DNA of 64,000 nt from Mobula hypostoma (Eukaryota). The translations under genes and the position numbers were made by a program. Location of the stretch: positions 3,908,001-3,972,000 of the forward strand of contig NC_086101.1 of NCBI RefSeq assembly GCF_963921235.1, in the 5' to 3' direction. Below the pieces are notes generated by a model, which was not told where the DNA came from, searched no databases, and saw only the letters and a list, made by a program, of their open reading frames with translations. Shown in pieces: positions 61,961-64,000 of this stretch; position 1 is the first letter of the stretch; each line of letters starts with the position of its first letter.

Positions 61961-63289
61961 GTAGGTTTGAGGGGACTGAACTGGGTGATAAATCAATATG
62001 CAGTCACAATTTCAGTGGGTCAGGAGCAGGGAATGAATGTTATGTTGCTGCAAGTGTTCAGTGGGAAAGAATTGCAGCCACTTCAACATCAGGGTGGGAT
62101 CTGAGACACATTAAACTGGTCGGAACATAAATAAAGCCGGAGAGAAGAGTCTTGTTCAGTCTGAGGCAGGACTGAGAGGAACATGTCCTGAAAAGCAAGA
62201 CTGACAATCCATGTTCAAGCATCTCGCCCCAAAATGTCCACTGTGCATTCCCCTCCACAGATGCTGCCTGTCCAGCTGAGTCCCTCTGGCAGCTCAGTTT
62301 TTTGCTCGAAAGCAGGTTCTGGGGTGAAACGGTGGTTAAATGTAATTTTATGTCAGCTATTACATTACTCAATGCCATGAAACTGGGGATATGAAGATAA
62401 TATTGTGTTGTGAGGAGACAGATGCCGTGGCGATGACCAAGATGAACTTGCAAAACAAAAAAAAACATGGAACTGGACGTTATACGTCATAGGGAAATAC
62501 ATTCAGCCTTGCGGCGAAGTTTTGATTTCCACTGCCCTTCGTGTGAAGAAGTTTCCCAACTTCACCCGGGTGTGGAGTGGTTCCAATTGAAGATCTGGTC
62601 TCTCTTATTCAGGGCTGGGCCCACAAGCAGAACCACTTTCCTTCTACATGTCCTCTGAACCCCTCCAGCTCCGGGCAGCCGGCACATGGCACTGGAATCC
62701 CCATTTGCTGCCCAGCGTCACACTGACCATCAGGCAGTTTGCAGAACAGCAGCTTGATCCACAAGTTGTTTCGTGTGGTCCAGTCTCCTGATTAAATACG
62801 GGACAACACTGAAAGGACATCGCGTCACCAGCGGTGAGGATCAGTTTTTTCTGGTTCTGTTACAGTGAACACTCGGGTGTACTTCAAGGGTGAGCGCAAA
62901 GATACTCCACTGAGCCAAAAATCTTCCGGAATTTTAACAGTTCCTGTTACAATGGTGACAAGCAGATTTCAAAATATTTCACCAGGAATCCAGTTTTCAT
63001 TGCGGTTTTTGACCCCTGTTTCAATCTGCTGGAGCAGCCTCTATCTGCCTGACAGCTATTTCCTCCATACTCTTTGTAATTTGCTGTTTAATTAATAACC
63101 CTGTTTTTCTGCCGTGCCTCTGCTTATCTAATGACAAACTCACCCGTTCTTTGTCCAACTTCCACCTGTTTACCTTTGCTACAGCAAGCTACACCTTGCT
63201 GACTAAATGCATCCACATTCTCATCACTGCACTGCATCTTGTCACGTCAACTCTCTTGGACTAATTTTCCTGTAATTTCCAGGTTTGTA

Positions 63290-63630
63290 TGGCACAGCTT
63301 CTGACCATGTTACAAACTTTTCCACTTCTCTCGTGAATCCCAGAGATTCGCTCCTCAGGTGTCTCTACCTGGCACGGTGTGGCGTGAATGTTACTTCCTA
63401 CCTATCAGCCCAGGACTGGATATTGTCCAGGTCTTGCTGTATTTGTGTTGTGGGCTGCTTCATTATCTGAGGAGTGGCAGATAGTGCTGAACATTGTTCG
63501 GTCATCAGTGACCATCCCGATCTCTGACCTTACGACTGATAGAAGATCATTTATTAACCAGCTGAGAATGTTTGGGAATAGGGCACTGGCCCGAGGAATT
63601 CCTGGCCTAATCACAATGCCATTGACAGTG
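63290..63630 (-). mobile_element. Degraded CR1-clade RT fragment
   Basis: GIPRASALFPNILSWLINDL...TDD. Confidence 0.55.
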
Positions 63631-64000
63631 ATCTGTTAACATATTAACCAGCACGTCCTTGGAGCGTGGGTGGAAACTGTGGAACCCTGGGGAAATCCTT
63701 ACAGACAGCGTTACAATTGGACTGCCCTGAGCTGTCTTAGCCTCGCGGTAACTGCTACGCTACCTTGACACCCCTTATTCAGGTTCCATGCTTCCCCCTT
63801 CGATAGGTATGCGGCACTCCCTCGCTCCCTTGCTCCTTTTCCGTCCCCTCCCCACATACCCCGGCCTCCACTCACCACCATCACGGTCTGGAGCTCCCTC
63901 GTCACCTCACCTCACACTGTGTGGCGTTCCCTTATGACTTTTTCCTCCACCCACCGGTATCACAATGGCACAAATCACCAAGTGCAGAACCCCCGTGATG

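Noticed and set aside
61980..64000. Candidate next upstream Bf/C2 exons (donor-like sites near 63140 and 63915, acceptor near 62190)
   Set aside because: No frame gave Bf-like sequence (for example PICLPC or YDVAL) with a compatible phase

Overview
Vertebrate nuclear DNA, most likely a cartilaginous fish (inferred from the CR1/Penelope/V-SINE repeat landscape), dominated by transposons. Genes supported by splice signals and translation: (1) an intact 6-exon RING-B-box-coiled-coil-PRY/SPRY (B30.2) TRIM gene on + (11970-28655, 471 aa); (2) the last three exons of a complement factor B/C2-family gene on - (49536-49401, 43685-43636, 41657-41511), only partly visible in the ORF track; (3) a frameshifted, apparently truncated TRIM paralogue on - (59098-58541), probably inside an intron of the factor B gene. 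Both TRIM copies share an ISRE+ETS cassette just upstream of the ATG. TRIM-B30.2 next to Bf/C2 suggests the MHC region. Repeats include three near-full-length CR1 LINEs, many CR1 fragments, Penelope remnants carrying minimal hammerhead-ribozyme motifs, a Tc1 element, Rex1-, Tx1- and R4-like LINE fragments, a solo LTR, SINEs, MITEs, a 30-bp minisatellite and microsatellites. The most intriguing signal is at the CR1 ORF1/ORF2 junctions: a U_UUA_AAC slippery heptamer sits directly before the ORF1 stop, ORF2 is in the -1 frame and has no AUG ahead of its endonuclease, suggesting -1 ribosomal frameshifting. Repeat boundaries were read by eye and are approximate.
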